From NCBI GenBank assembly GCA_001776775.1, contig MFDD01000014.1, positions 3,684 to 67,683 of the forward strand: 64,000 nucleotides of DNA, written 5' to 3'. Within the stretch, counting starts at the first letter, position 1; every line of letters starts with the position of its first letter. The notes under the pieces are model-generated. The model was not told where the DNA came from. It did no database searches and saw only the letters and a program-made list of their open reading frames with translations. Position numbers and translations under genes: made by a program. Positions 27,713-37,344 of the stretch are shown here, piece after piece. Origin of the DNA: Candidatus Daviesbacteria bacterium RIFCSPHIGHO2_02_FULL_43_12. GTDB lineage: Bacteria; Patescibacteriota; Microgenomatia; Daviesbacterales; UBA10151.

Positions 27713-29296
27713 ATGACAGCAATTATAAACGAGCGACAGGGTGCAAGACCCAGCACTCCCCAACAAAGAGCTGCAACGGTTTTTCTGAGGGATAGATTCA
27801 ATGCCTTTGATGAGAGATGGCTTGTTGGACACAAAGGGGACCATGCTTCTAACCTGCATGACCTGGGAATCATTGGTCAGAGAGTTCATGTTGCCCATGT
27901 ACATAGTACTCTTGGTGTTGATGCAGATCGGACTTACAAACCGCCAGAAGAAACCTCTGATTCCTATGAGGGACTCCTGACAGGAGCTAATCCCGGATTG
28001 TCCGGAGAGGTAAGCAGAGTAAGAGCTGCACAAATGAGGGTTGTAGTTCTAATGCCTTTTCCCAACTCCGACTTTGAGGGTATGATTGCAAGAGCAAAGG
28101 CAGGAAGATATTTCGTTTCAACAGCGCCGATAGAAAGTTTCGAAACTTTTGAACCAATCGAGAACAAGATATCCTTTGCCAGAATACTTCAGGCAGCTTT
28201 ACAAGGAACTCCTCATACGAGAAATCTAATTCCCTGGACCATACATCAACCTCATTGGGGATTAGATGACGTTAGGCGGAATATGGGAGTAGACCCAGGG
28301 AGTGCAATTTTCTTTCAAAAAGCTATCTCAGGTGGAGGAGATGGGACAGCAAGGGTGAATGATCGATCCAACTTTAATGAACTTTTAAGTAACCCCTCTT
28401 GGATGCAGGCAGCTCGACGAGGGAAACTAAAGGCCTCAATGGCAGTAGAAGGTGCTTATCCAGCAAATGGAACCGGATGTATCGTACCTACCCCGGATGG
28501 CGGTTGCAAAGTTTTGGTTGATCCATTATCTCATAAGCCTGTTGGGTTAGAGAGTGTTGGAGCAAAACCAGGTAGCGGAGCCGGTAATGACTGGGGTACG
28601 CCTTTCCCTAGAGCTGTTACCGATCAATATATTGCAATGGTTTCTCGTCTAGGAAAGTATTTTTATACTACTTTTGGCTACACTGGTATTTTTGGTCCAG
28701 ATGGATTAGTTGGAGCAGATTCAACCTATCGTATGACGGAAAGTAACTCCAGATGGCAAGGTACTACTCCATATCAAACTCAAAATGCTTTGATGAATGG
28801 ACGTTTGCCGATCGAGCTGATACATTACATGGTTAAACTTTCAGTAAATGACTCTCACTTACTTGGACAAGTCAATGATATCGTTGGAGATGCAGACTCT
28901 TATAATCAAAGAGCCTTCACAGAAAGAGGAGGGTTTTATATTAAAGTTGGAGGGCCTAAAACCAAGAAGGAAGTTAGGGAGGACTTAAATGGACCATGGC
29001 GGTGGGATGGAGATCGGTTACATAGACTAAAAAGAGATGGATATTTAACACCTATGCGAATTTATACGAGAGATTACGCAGGAGCTCAAGACCTAACTAA
29101 AGATGATAAAACCGTCTGGATTAAGGCACCTAAGGTAGGCGAGGTTGTAGGAGGAGGATTAGTGGCTGTCGGATACATAACAGGTAGCGATATAAATGTC
29201 TTTGATGCAAATAAGCCAGAGGTTACTTCGGACGGGCATAAGTTATATACTCAAATGAACCAGTTGATGTATAGCCAACGGAGTTCATGGAAATAA
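27713..29296 (+). CDS. hypothetical 527-aa protein, no recognisable family
   Basis: Long ORF whose GC content and codon usage look somewhat higher than neighbouring genes. No signal peptide. Overlaps the downstream AstE/AspA-like gene by 10 nt. Confidence 0.5.
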   Translation: MTAIINERQGARPSTPQQRAATVFLRDRFNAFDERWLVGHKGDHASNLHDLGIIGQRVHVAHVHSTLGVDADRTYKPPEETSDSYEGLLTGANPGLSGEVSRVRAAQMRVVVLMPFPNSDFEGMIARAKAGRYFVSTAPIESFETFEPIENKISFARILQAALQGTPHTRNLIPWTIHQPHWGLDDVRRNMGVDPGSAIFFQKAISGGGDGTARVNDRSNFNELLSNPSWMQAARRGKLKASMAVEGAYPANGTGCIVPTPDGGCKVLVDPLSHKPVGLESVGAKPGSGAGNDWGTPFPRAVTDQYIAMVSRLGKYFYTTFGYTGIFGPDGLVGADSTYRMTESNSRWQGTTPYQTQNALMNGRLPIELIHYMVKLSVNDSHLLGQVNDIVGDADSYNQRAFTERGGFYIKVGGPKTKKEVREDLNGPWRWDGDRLHRLKRDGYLTPMRIYTRDYAGAQDLTKDDKTVWIKAPKVGEVVGGGLVAVGYITGSDINVFDANKPEVTSDGHKLYTQMNQLMYSQRSSWK

Positions 29297-30237
29297 CAGA
29301 GATAAAAACCAACATTGGAAATACAGCCTCAGGGACACCTCTGCTAATCAACGGCTACCATCTTAAGGGTTCTCATCCCGGGAAAAAGATATATATACAA
29401 GGAGGTATTCATGGAGGTGAAGTTACTATTTGGATTTTTCAAGAATTATTTAAATACTTTTCTGAACATGAGATCCAGGGTGAGGTTTTTTTAATCCCCG
29501 TAGCTAACCCTGTTGCTTGGAATCAGCGTATTTACTTTAGTACTTTAGGTAAATTTGATTTCTATATGGGTAAAGACTGGAATCGAAACTTTCCAGGAAA
29601 TGAAGATGGCACTCTTGGAGAAAGGATTGCTAAAAAACTTTTTGATATTGCTTCAAGAGCAGATTTTATTATCGATCTTCATACATCGAGAGATAGTTTC
29701 CCATTTGCAATATTATCTTCTAAAAATGATCTCGCATACGCGCAGAAGATTGGACTTGAATATAACCTTCTATTAGATCTCGACGATCCTAAGTTTAGTA
29801 GCTATAGAAGTACACTAACAGGTCAGGGAAGCTTATCAAATGCTCCTAGTATTGCCATAGAGTGCGGGAGGCATGACTCCTATAATGAAGAATACTGCAA
29901 AGAAGTTACCAACGGTTTACTTCGCTTAATGAGCCACCTCGGCATTATCAATGACAAAAAGATTCCTCCTACAACTAAAAAGGTAAAATATTATTCAAGG
30001 TTAAAAACCTATAGATCCCCCAATGGTGGGTTCATAAAATTCAATAAGCATGCGGGAGATGAATACAAGAAAGGGGAAATTTTATTTGAGCTTATTAACC
30101 CGTCTGATCTAGGTTCTGCAACTGTAGTGTTCGCCGAAGAAGATGGAATTCTGCAAAAGAAGTCCCCAACTTTTATCTATATGCCAGGTGATGACGTCCT
30201 TGAAGTATTACCGCTTACTAATATAAAGTTCATATAA
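29287..30237 (+). CDS. succinylglutamate desuccinylase/aspartoacylase (AstE/AspA) family zinc hydrolase (M14-like)
   Basis: N-terminal zinc-site GGIHGGE (H-x-x-E), second His in IDLHTS, and ECGRHDS; about 316 aa. Confidence 0.6.
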   Translation: MEITEIKTNIGNTASGTPLLINGYHLKGSHPGKKIYIQGGIHGGEVTIWIFQELFKYFSEHEIQGEVFLIPVANPVAWNQRIYFSTLGKFDFYMGKDWNRNFPGNEDGTLGERIAKKLFDIASRADFIIDLHTSRDSFPFAILSSKNDLAYAQKIGLEYNLLLDLDDPKFSSYRSTLTGQGSLSNAPSIAIECGRHDSYNEEYCKEVTNGLLRLMSHLGIINDKKIPPTTKKVKYYSRLKTYRSPNGGFIKFNKHAGDEYKKGEILFELINPSDLGSATVVFAEEDGILQKKSPTFIYMPGDDVLEVLPLTNIKFI

Positions 30238-30282
30238 CGACCGCATCTTAACAAACTTATCTGATTTTGAAACAATTGAGTG

Positions 30283-31899
30283 TTAGATAGTAGCCTTTAT
30301 ATCTTTCAACTTTAACTGCAGAGACTCTCGACCATTAAAAGAATTAATCTCCATATAATAGGCTACATCAACAACTTGGCCTTCTTGAAGATCTTTAATC
30401 TGTTCTCCCATTCCAAAACCGATCGCATCTATGCCATCTAATTTTAATTTCAAGTGTTTACCCTCTCCGACAGTGCGAATATCCGAGGCTTGAAGATTCA
30501 TTGTCGCCAAGACGGGTCGATTATTGCCATTGCCAAATGGTTCAAAGGCTTGAAGCATGAAAACTGTTTCTTTGGTCAGCTCTTTTTTATCGACTTTGGC
30601 TTCGATAGTTAGAGATGGCCCCAAATCGGCGATCTGCAAGGTCAGGAAATGGTCTTGTAGGCTTTTTTTAAATTTCGCAATTTTTTCTGTTTCAATTGTA
30701 AACCCAGCTGCTCCGGCATGACCTCCAAAAGCGATCAACAGACTAGAAAACTGTCTTATACTCTCGGTAATATTGATTCCATCAATCGAGCGAGCAGATC
30801 CTTTAGAAAATTCTTCACCCATGGAGATTGCAATTGTGGGTTTTCGGGAATCTTCACAGACTTTAGCGGCAACTAAACCAATAATTCCCGGCTGCCAAGA
30901 TTTACTCGATAAGACATGAATTTTATCGGCCATGGTTATCTGCAACCTAGCCTCTTCATAAGCTGTCGCAGTTAGCCTTTGTCGAAGAGAATTAATATCA
31001 CACAGCAAATGAGCCAGCTGAGTGGCTTTTAGCAAGCTTGTGGTACATAGTAAACGCAAAGCGTCAATGGCATGCTCCAACCGACCAATGGCATTCAACC
31101 GAGGAGCCAGTACAAAACCTATCTCAAAGGCTCCCAGGGTTCCCCGAGTTAGTCCTGATTCCTGAATCAGAGCCCGAAGCCCAACATTGGTAGTCGTATT
31201 TAGTTCATCGAGCCCTTCCACAACTAGCGCTCTACCTAAACCGGTTAGCGGAATCATATCCGCAATTGTGCCCAAGGCTACAAACTGCAACAATTGATGA
31301 GATAGCTTATCATCAATCAAATCTTTGACCAGCGACCAGGCAACTGCTGCTCCACACATAGCGATAGAGTGGACTATGGCAACTGCTTCTGGGCGATCCT
31401 TATCCAGCGGAGTGTGATGGTCTGTAATAATCAGGTCAAGTCCAAGCTCCTTGGCGTATAAGGCTTGTTCCAAGGCGACGATACCATGATCGACGGTGAT
31501 TATTAACTGTCCACCCTGCCTTTTTATTTCATCTAAACCAATTTTAGATAATCCATATCCTTCTTTTTCCCGGTGAGGAATATAAGGCAAGATCAAGGCC
31601 CCCAAAGATTTTAGCCCGTGATAAACTACTGCCGAAGCAGTTACCCCGTCAACATCATAGTCTCCATAAACAAAAATTGTCTCTTTTTTTTCTAAAGCTT
31701 GGACAATTCTTTTTTTAGCTTGGGATTGCCCGGGTATTTTCAGAAGATTTTCGTAGTCTGAGATTTTGGGGTGAAAAAATCGTTGCTTATCTGCAGAGGT
31801 TTTGATCCCTCGGCTAAAAAGCAGCTGACTTTTAAGAATCTTAGAGTGTTCGGGCAGAAAATTCCAAAGCTTTGGCATGCGTGTCCAAAATTGTAACAC
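30283..31899 (-). CDS. recJ: single-stranded-DNA-specific exonuclease RecJ
   Basis: DHH motifs VYGDYDVDGVTASA and ITDHH, plus a DHHA1 region. Confidence 0.85.
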   Translation of the reverse strand: MLQFWTRMPKLWNFLPEHSKILKSQLLFSRGIKTSADKQRFFHPKISDYENLLKIPGQSQAKKRIVQALEKKETIFVYGDYDVDGVTASAVVYHGLKSLGALILPYIPHREKEGYGLSKIGLDEIKRQGGQLIITVDHGIVALEQALYAKELGLDLIITDHHTPLDKDRPEAVAIVHSIAMCGAAVAWSLVKDLIDDKLSHQLLQFVALGTIADMIPLTGLGRALVVEGLDELNTTTNVGLRALIQESGLTRGTLGAFEIGFVLAPRLNAIGRLEHAIDALRLLCTTSLLKATQLAHLLCDINSLRQRLTATAYEEARLQITMADKIHVLSSKSWQPGIIGLVAAKVCEDSRKPTIAISMGEEFSKGSARSIDGINITESIRQFSSLLIAFGGHAGAAGFTIETEKIAKFKKSLQDHFLTLQIADLGPSLTIEAKVDKKELTKETVFMLQAFEPFGNGNNRPVLATMNLQASDIRTVGEGKHLKLKLDGIDAIGFGMGEQIKDLQEGQVVDVAYYMEINSFNGRESLQLKLKDIKATI

Positions 31900-31925
31900 A
31901 ACCCCTAATGTGAGAAAATCACTAT

Positions 31926-33290
31926 ATGGAAATTTCTATCCCCAGCGAGCTTAAACCGCTGATAGGCAAATTTAAAGATTGCTCTTTCCAACTCTTTCTA
32001 GTAGGAGGAGCAGTTCGTGATCTGATTTTAGAAACAGTAGTCAAAGACTACGATTTTACAACTGACGCTAAACCCGAAGAAATCCTCAAGCTTTTTCCGG
32101 ATGGATTTTATAATAATACCTTTGGAACCGTCGGGGTAAATACTCCACTGGGAGTAGTGGAGATCACCACTATGCGTAAGGAATCCGGTTACGGTGACTC
32201 CCGACATCCCCAGGAGGTTGTCTGGACCAACAAAATCGAAGAGGATCTAAAGCGCCGAGATTTTACGATTAATGCCATGGCATTAAGTAGTGAGTCGTGG
32301 GTAGTGAGTTGTGGGTCGAAGGAAAAACTACAGTTGGTTGATCCTTTTGGAGGGCAGGGAGATTTGAAACAAAAACTTATTCGGGCAGTGGGAGATCCAA
32401 GTATCCGTTTTCAGGAAGATGCTCTGCGTTTAATGAGGGCAGTTCGTTTTGCAACCCAGCTTGGGTTTGCTATCGAAGAGCAGACTGCTATGGCTATTCA
32501 AAAACATAGCCAGAAACTAAGAAACATTTCCTGGGAAAGAATCCGAGATGAGTTACTAAAAATTCTCTCCAATGATAACCCTTACGAAGGAATGGTGATG
32601 TTAAGAAGTAGTACGCTATTGCAAATTATTTTACCGGAGGTTGAGGCCTGTTTTGGAATTATCCAGGAAGGACCCAAACACGACCGAGTTTATGATATCG
32701 GAGAACACTCTTTTCTCTCGCTAAAGTTTTGCAGTTCAACCGATCCCTTTGTGCGTTTTGCTTGTCTGATACATGACACGGGTAAAGTACCGACTCATAA
32801 AATCGACGCCGAGGGGAATGTTACCTTTTATGGACATGACGTGGTGGGTGGAAAAGTCGCTGAGGTGATCTGCCAAAGATTAAAGTTTTCTAAAAAACAA
32901 ACTGAGCTAGTAGTCCGATTAGTGAAATATCATCTATTTACTGTTGATGAACATCAAACAGATTCTGCCTTAAGACGATTTATTCGAAATGTTGGCGAAG
33001 ATAATTTAGAGAATATGTTTATCTTAAGAGAAGCCGATAGGTTAGGTGGATCCTCCAATCCTACTTCTTGGCGAACAGAAAGTTTTAAGAAGAGAACTAA
33101 GGAACTTTTAATCAAGCCGTTTTCCATAACCGATTTAAAAGTAACCGGCAAAGATGTGATGGAGGTCTTAAATATTCCTCCAAGTCGCAAAGTAGGAGAG
33201 ATATTAGATAAGCTTTTTGCCGAGGTTGAAGAAGATAAAACTAAAAATGATCGAGACTATTTATTGGATAGAATAAAGCAGATAGCTTAA
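31926..33290 (+). CDS. cca: CCA-adding tRNA nucleotidyltransferase with HD domain
   Basis: LFLVGGAVRDLIL and DFT (Pol-beta NTase head), then an HD domain (HD..K). Confidence 0.8.
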   Translation: MEISIPSELKPLIGKFKDCSFQLFLVGGAVRDLILETVVKDYDFTTDAKPEEILKLFPDGFYNNTFGTVGVNTPLGVVEITTMRKESGYGDSRHPQEVVWTNKIEEDLKRRDFTINAMALSSESWVVSCGSKEKLQLVDPFGGQGDLKQKLIRAVGDPSIRFQEDALRLMRAVRFATQLGFAIEEQTAMAIQKHSQKLRNISWERIRDELLKILSNDNPYEGMVMLRSSTLLQIILPEVEACFGIIQEGPKHDRVYDIGEHSFLSLKFCSSTDPFVRFACLIHDTGKVPTHKIDAEGNVTFYGHDVVGGKVAEVICQRLKFSKKQTELVVRLVKYHLFTVDEHQTDSALRRFIRNVGEDNLENMFILREADRLGGSSNPTSWRTESFKKRTKELLIKPFSITDLKVTGKDVMEVLNIPPSRKVGEILDKLFAEVEEDKTKNDRDYLLDRIKQIA

Positions 33291-33297
33291 TAATAAA

Positions 33298-34161
33298 TTA
33301 GTGGCCTAGCTTTTCTTCCCACCAGCAGAGCAGAGCTGTCGCGTTAAAGATAGATGAATAGGTTCCGGAAATAATACCTATTAGTAAGGCGACTACAAAC
33401 CAACGAATACTCTCTCCTCCAAAAAGCACCAAGGCTAGCAGCACAATAACTACTGTCAGCGATGTATTCAAAGACCGAGCTAATGTTTGTACTATTGAAA
33501 TATCTGCTATATCCGAAAACTTTACATTCAAATGTTTGGGCATATTTTCCCGAATACGATCAAAAACCACAATGGTATCATGAACCGAAAACCCAATTAC
33601 CGTTAAGAGGGCTGTCACAAATAATGTGTCTATCTCGACATGTAGAAACTTTCCAAAAATCGCAAAAACCCCTACCAGCACCAGTACATCGTGTATCAAA
33701 GCTACTACTGCTGCAATTCCAAAACGAAAAGAACTGGCCGGTTTGGGAACTTTCCGGAAAGAATATGTAATATATAAAATAATCATCAGACAAGCAACCA
33801 TTGTCCCAACCACAGCTTTTTGCTTGAGTTCGGCTCCGATAATAGGTCCGACATTTTCTTCTCTACTCGCTTCGAACTTACCATATTTATCCGACAGCTC
33901 CTTTTTTAAAGTATTCAGTTGGTTATGATCCTGAGGTTTTGTGCGAATAATAAAAGCGTTGTCCCCAGTTTTCGTAACTGTTCCATATTGTTGTAGTTCC
34001 TCTTTGGTTATAGTCTTTTCAAACTTATACTCAAGCAAAGACCCTCCTGTAAAATCAATCCCAAATTTTAGCCCTCCAGTCAGGAGGAAAAAAAGTCCCG
34101 GTAAAATTACCAGACTAGAGAGTATAAAAAATAATAATTTTCGACGCATTAAATGCAACAT
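33298..34161 (-). CDS. secF: protein-export membrane protein SecF
   Basis: Six TM helices and a SecD/SecF C-terminal domain pattern. 287 aa. Confidence 0.8.
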   Translation of the reverse strand: MLHLMRRKLLFFILSSLVILPGLFFLLTGGLKFGIDFTGGSLLEYKFEKTITKEELQQYGTVTKTGDNAFIIRTKPQDHNQLNTLKKELSDKYGKFEASREENVGPIIGAELKQKAVVGTMVACLMIILYITYSFRKVPKPASSFRFGIAAVVALIHDVLVLVGVFAIFGKFLHVEIDTLFVTALLTVIGFSVHDTIVVFDRIRENMPKHLNVKFSDIADISIVQTLARSLNTSLTVVIVLLALVLFGGESIRWFVVALLIGIISGTYSSIFNATALLCWWEEKLGH

Positions 34162-34165
34162 AAAC

Positions 34166-34498
34166 TCAGACCTTTTTTAAGCCTTTCGCTTCCTTGATAT
34201 CTTTATGCAGTTCTTTGGTAAGCTGTGCTGCTGCGCTTTTAATTTTATCTTCGATATTATCAACTTTTTTATTTAAAAACTCCCAAAACTTTTTGCTGTC
34301 ATTTTCGGCATGTAGCTTGACAAAGATCGTCTTATCTTCTTCGTTTAGTTCCCTTAAAATGGCATCCAAGATCGTATGATGGAAAGTTGAATCTAACAAG
34401 TTGGCAAGATGAAGTTTTTCCTTGTCGGACAGATCCATTTGATCAAGTTCGATGATCAAAGACTGAACAGTTACAATATGGGAATAAAACTTAATCAT
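34166..34498 (-). CDS. hypothetical charged alpha-helical protein (110 aa)
   Basis: ORF only. 4-nt overlap with the upstream gene. Confidence 0.4.
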   Translation of the reverse strand: MIKFYSHIVTVQSLIIELDQMDLSDKEKLHLANLLDSTFHHTILDAILRELNEEDKTIFVKLHAENDSKKFWEFLNKKVDNIEDKIKSAAAQLTKELHKDIKEAKGLKKV

Positions 34499-35379
34499 AT
34501 CTTTTGAGCTAGCTCCTCGTTGATGTGCACAGGACCTAAGGGAATATCTTTGCTTGAATCATCTAAAAAGTAGTACAGCACTGCCCCTTTTCGTGGTCCG
34601 GTAGCCAACCCTAATTCCTGCATCACTTCTGGAGACCCACCTAAGTGTTTACCCGTATATTCCGAAGGACCGGCATCTGCGATATCGGCAACAACCGCTT
34701 GCCCCGTCTTAGGATTAACTACTAACATCTTACGATATTTATAAAAATCCCGATACTCGGCTACTCTTTCCGAAAATCCTGGTGATAAAAAGGTTTGGAC
34801 CGCGATATAATAACGCTCCCTCTGTTCGACCTCTGGGGTAAAAGCCCCTTTACTACTTGCAAAATATCCCCAGGCACCCAGTCCTGGGGCAATCCCCGCT
34901 CCTCCATACATCGCCCAGTCTGAGGCGTCTTTGGCGTGTTCGAAAACCGCATCCCCAGGATAGCGATAGAGATGCTGCTCACCTCCGATTAGTCCGAAAG
35001 TCCGGTTAAGTCGTTTATTATCTATTTCAGATTTAACCTTAATCCCTAAATCTTTCGCAATGAGCTGAATGATCTTGGTATCTTCTGCTTCCGTCAGCTT
35101 GCGTGTATCAGTTGGCATTTTATCTACCAGCTCTGCGGCAAGCAGGGCATTTTTAGACATAGCCATTTCGATATTTGTTTGGTTGCCAGCATTGGTAATT
35201 TGTATGGGTTGATGATGATTTAATCCTGGTGTCCCAAAGAGCACTAACCCTCCTAACCCCCCCAGCGCCACATGTCGCAAGTGTTTGTCCAAGACTCCCT
35301 CGACTACGCCGTTACGGCGCGCTGTCCACTTCTTGTGTAAAAATTCGAAGTGAGGCTTTTTCTTTTTGAATTGTTTCAT
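34495..35379 (-). CDS. hypothetical membrane-anchored protein with RlpA/3D-like double-psi beta-barrel-type C-terminal motif
   Basis: N-terminal TM segment. C-terminal VVNPKTGQAVVADIADAGP...VMQELGL resembles the DPBB signature of RlpA/expansin-like proteins (recollection only). Confidence 0.35.
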   Translation of the reverse strand: MKQFKKKKPHFEFLHKKWTARRNGVVEGVLDKHLRHVALGGLGGLVLFGTPGLNHHQPIQITNAGNQTNIEMAMSKNALLAAELVDKMPTDTRKLTEAEDTKIIQLIAKDLGIKVKSEIDNKRLNRTFGLIGGEQHLYRYPGDAVFEHAKDASDWAMYGGAGIAPGLGAWGYFASSKGAFTPEVEQRERYYIAVQTFLSPGFSERVAEYRDFYKYRKMLVVNPKTGQAVVADIADAGPSEYTGKHLGGSPEVMQELGLATGPRKGAVLYYFLDDSSKDIPLGPVHINEELAQKI

Positions 35380-35381
35380 AG

Positions 35382-36695
35382 CTACTTTCTAATCATCAAT
35401 CTAAGCAGTGTTCTAGTAATAGTGATCGCCGTAAACATGGAAACTAATACTCCGATTGCCAGTGTCAGAGCAAAGCCACGGATTAGACCAGTTCCAAAAA
35501 AATAGAGTATGGCGGCAGTCATTAGTGATGAGATATTTGAATCCCGAATCGAAGACCAGGCTCTTTTAAACCCCAGCTCCAAGGATGTTCGTGGGCTATT
35601 ACCAGCTCTTCTTTCTTCCTTCATCCGTTCAAAGATCAAAATATTTGCATCCACCGCCATACCGATCGATAAAATAAATCCGGCAATTCCCGCCAGGGTC
35701 AAAGTAATTGGAGGCAGCAAAAAGAGACCGGTTTTAAAAATCGCCAAAACAAAAAGTGAGTAGATAATCAGTGCCGCATCAGCGATTAGTCCATAGAAAC
35801 CATAATAAGCGGCCATATAAATTATCACTAGCGACAGGCCAATAATTCCAGCAAAGATACTCCGATTAATGGACTCGTTCCCCAAACTAGCTCCGATCAA
35901 ACGCTGTTCAATCACAGAAACTGGTACAGGTAGGGCTCCGGCATTTAGTTGAATACTTAAAGATTTCGCTTCTTCTACAGTATAATTACCCGTGATAACC
36001 GCACTACCTCCCAGAATCTCAGTTTGCACTACCGGAGCCTGAATCGGCTGGTCATCTAAAAAGATGGGCAGTGGCTTACCAATATTTCGTTTGGTCAGAT
36101 CAGCAAACTTTTTTGCTCCGTCTGCAGTAAACTCCAGACTTACTTGTGGACCAGACTGATTACCTTTAGCCCCGCTGAAGGTAACTTCAGCTTTTTTAAG
36201 GTCTGCCCCAGTTAACCCGGTAGGTTGTGCAAAAAAGATAGCTGGTAGCCCAGATGCACTTGCTTCTGCGGAAAGAGTAGCTGGCATCTCCCTAAATTCC
36301 AACTGGGCAGTTTTTCCGACAAGTTCACCAGCTTTTGAAGCATCACTTACTCCCGGCAGCTCGACTAGAATTCGTCTCTGTTCGCCTAATTTTGAACTTT
36401 GGACCACTGACTCGGACACTCCATAAAGATTAACTCGTTTTTCAATTACTTGCCTGGCTGCCTCTAAGGCGCTGTCTTTTTGGGAATTATCAATTTTGGA
36501 TACATCGGCGAGCAGCACTAACTCCGTCCCACCTTGTAAATCTAAGCCTAGTTTTAAGGGAAATTTGTTAAAAAGTTCGGAAAGTTTAATCTTGGTCAGT
36601 GGGACTGTCTGCTCCAGTGGTAATTTTGGCAGATCAATCCACAAGGAAACCATGATCGCCAGAATAATGACCCATAAAAATTTTCTTGATTTCAT
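35382..36695 (-). CDS. secD: protein-export membrane protein SecD
   Basis: N-terminal TM helix, a large periplasmic domain and six C-terminal TM helices. Confidence 0.85.
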   Translation of the reverse strand: MKSRKFLWVIILAIMVSLWIDLPKLPLEQTVPLTKIKLSELFNKFPLKLGLDLQGGTELVLLADVSKIDNSQKDSALEAARQVIEKRVNLYGVSESVVQSSKLGEQRRILVELPGVSDASKAGELVGKTAQLEFREMPATLSAEASASGLPAIFFAQPTGLTGADLKKAEVTFSGAKGNQSGPQVSLEFTADGAKKFADLTKRNIGKPLPIFLDDQPIQAPVVQTEILGGSAVITGNYTVEEAKSLSIQLNAGALPVPVSVIEQRLIGASLGNESINRSIFAGIIGLSLVIIYMAAYYGFYGLIADAALIIYSLFVLAIFKTGLFLLPPITLTLAGIAGFILSIGMAVDANILIFERMKEERRAGNSPRTSLELGFKRAWSSIRDSNISSLMTAAILYFFGTGLIRGFALTLAIGVLVSMFTAITITRTLLRLMIRK

Positions 36696-36705
36696 GACAG
36701 AGGTG

Positions 36706-37284
36706 CTAGAACTGGGACATTAAATCTGCTTCATCTCCGATTAACATAATCTTTGGCTGAGTTAGAACCCCGAGTATAAAAGGATCTCTTCTGCGGATCC
36801 GAAAATTGAACTCAGCTTCATCCATGAAGGAGTAGTTAATCTCATGCTCTCTCTTGGTTTGTTCATCTGAAACTAGCGCTTGTAATTCGGGTAGAACAAT
36901 CTGTCCGATTATCAAAAGATCAACGTCCTCGGGTCCGGAAAGTTCATGTCTGGCAAAACGCAAAGCCATCATCGCATACTTAATCCGTCCGATTTTGGCT
37001 TTATTTCTAACAATCGCCCCACCCAGGTGAGTTGATTTCACTACTAACCCCAAAAGTTCATGATAGTATTTATAATCCCTGCGAAAACGGTAGAGCCTTC
37101 GGTTGGCTCTCCATTCAGAAGTCACCATATTGAATTTTTCCATCCGGGCCAGTTCACGCCGGACAGCGTTAATCTCTTCATCAACTCGGCGGACAATTTC
37201 CCGAACATGGAACATCGACTCTTCTGAGGATAAAAAGAGCTGCAATATTTTAACCCGAACTTTTGAAACAAAGAGTTCTTCCAA
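36706..37284 (-). CDS. hypothetical winged-helix domain protein (possible transcriptional regulator)
   Basis: N-terminal wHTH-like segment VRVKILQLFL...FHVREIVRRV. Confidence 0.35.
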   Translation of the reverse strand: MEELFVSKVRVKILQLFLSSEESMFHVREIVRRVDEEINAVRRELARMEKFNMVTSEWRANRRLYRFRRDYKYYHELLGLVVKSTHLGGAIVRNKAKIGRIKYAMMALRFARHELSGPEDVDLLIIGQIVLPELQALVSDEQTKREHEINYSFMDEAEFNFRIRRRDPFILGVLTQPKIMLIGDEADLMSQF

Positions 37285-37344
37285 TGTACTGTAAATGTAC
37301 TCTAAACAGACAATTTGGTCAATGGGGGTAGTAGACTAAATTAA

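Noticed and set aside
27647-28033. 128-aa ORF on the minus strand (and 27964..28167), antisense to the 527-aa gene
   Set aside because: Lies entirely within a longer, better-supported plus-strand ORF. Its 5' region runs through the attenuator and terminator. No independent signals were seen.
27713-29296. Assignment of the 527-aa protein as AstB-like succinylarginine dihydrolase
   Set aside because: Only a short GGGxG-like stretch is similar, and the catalytic Cys position is not conserved.
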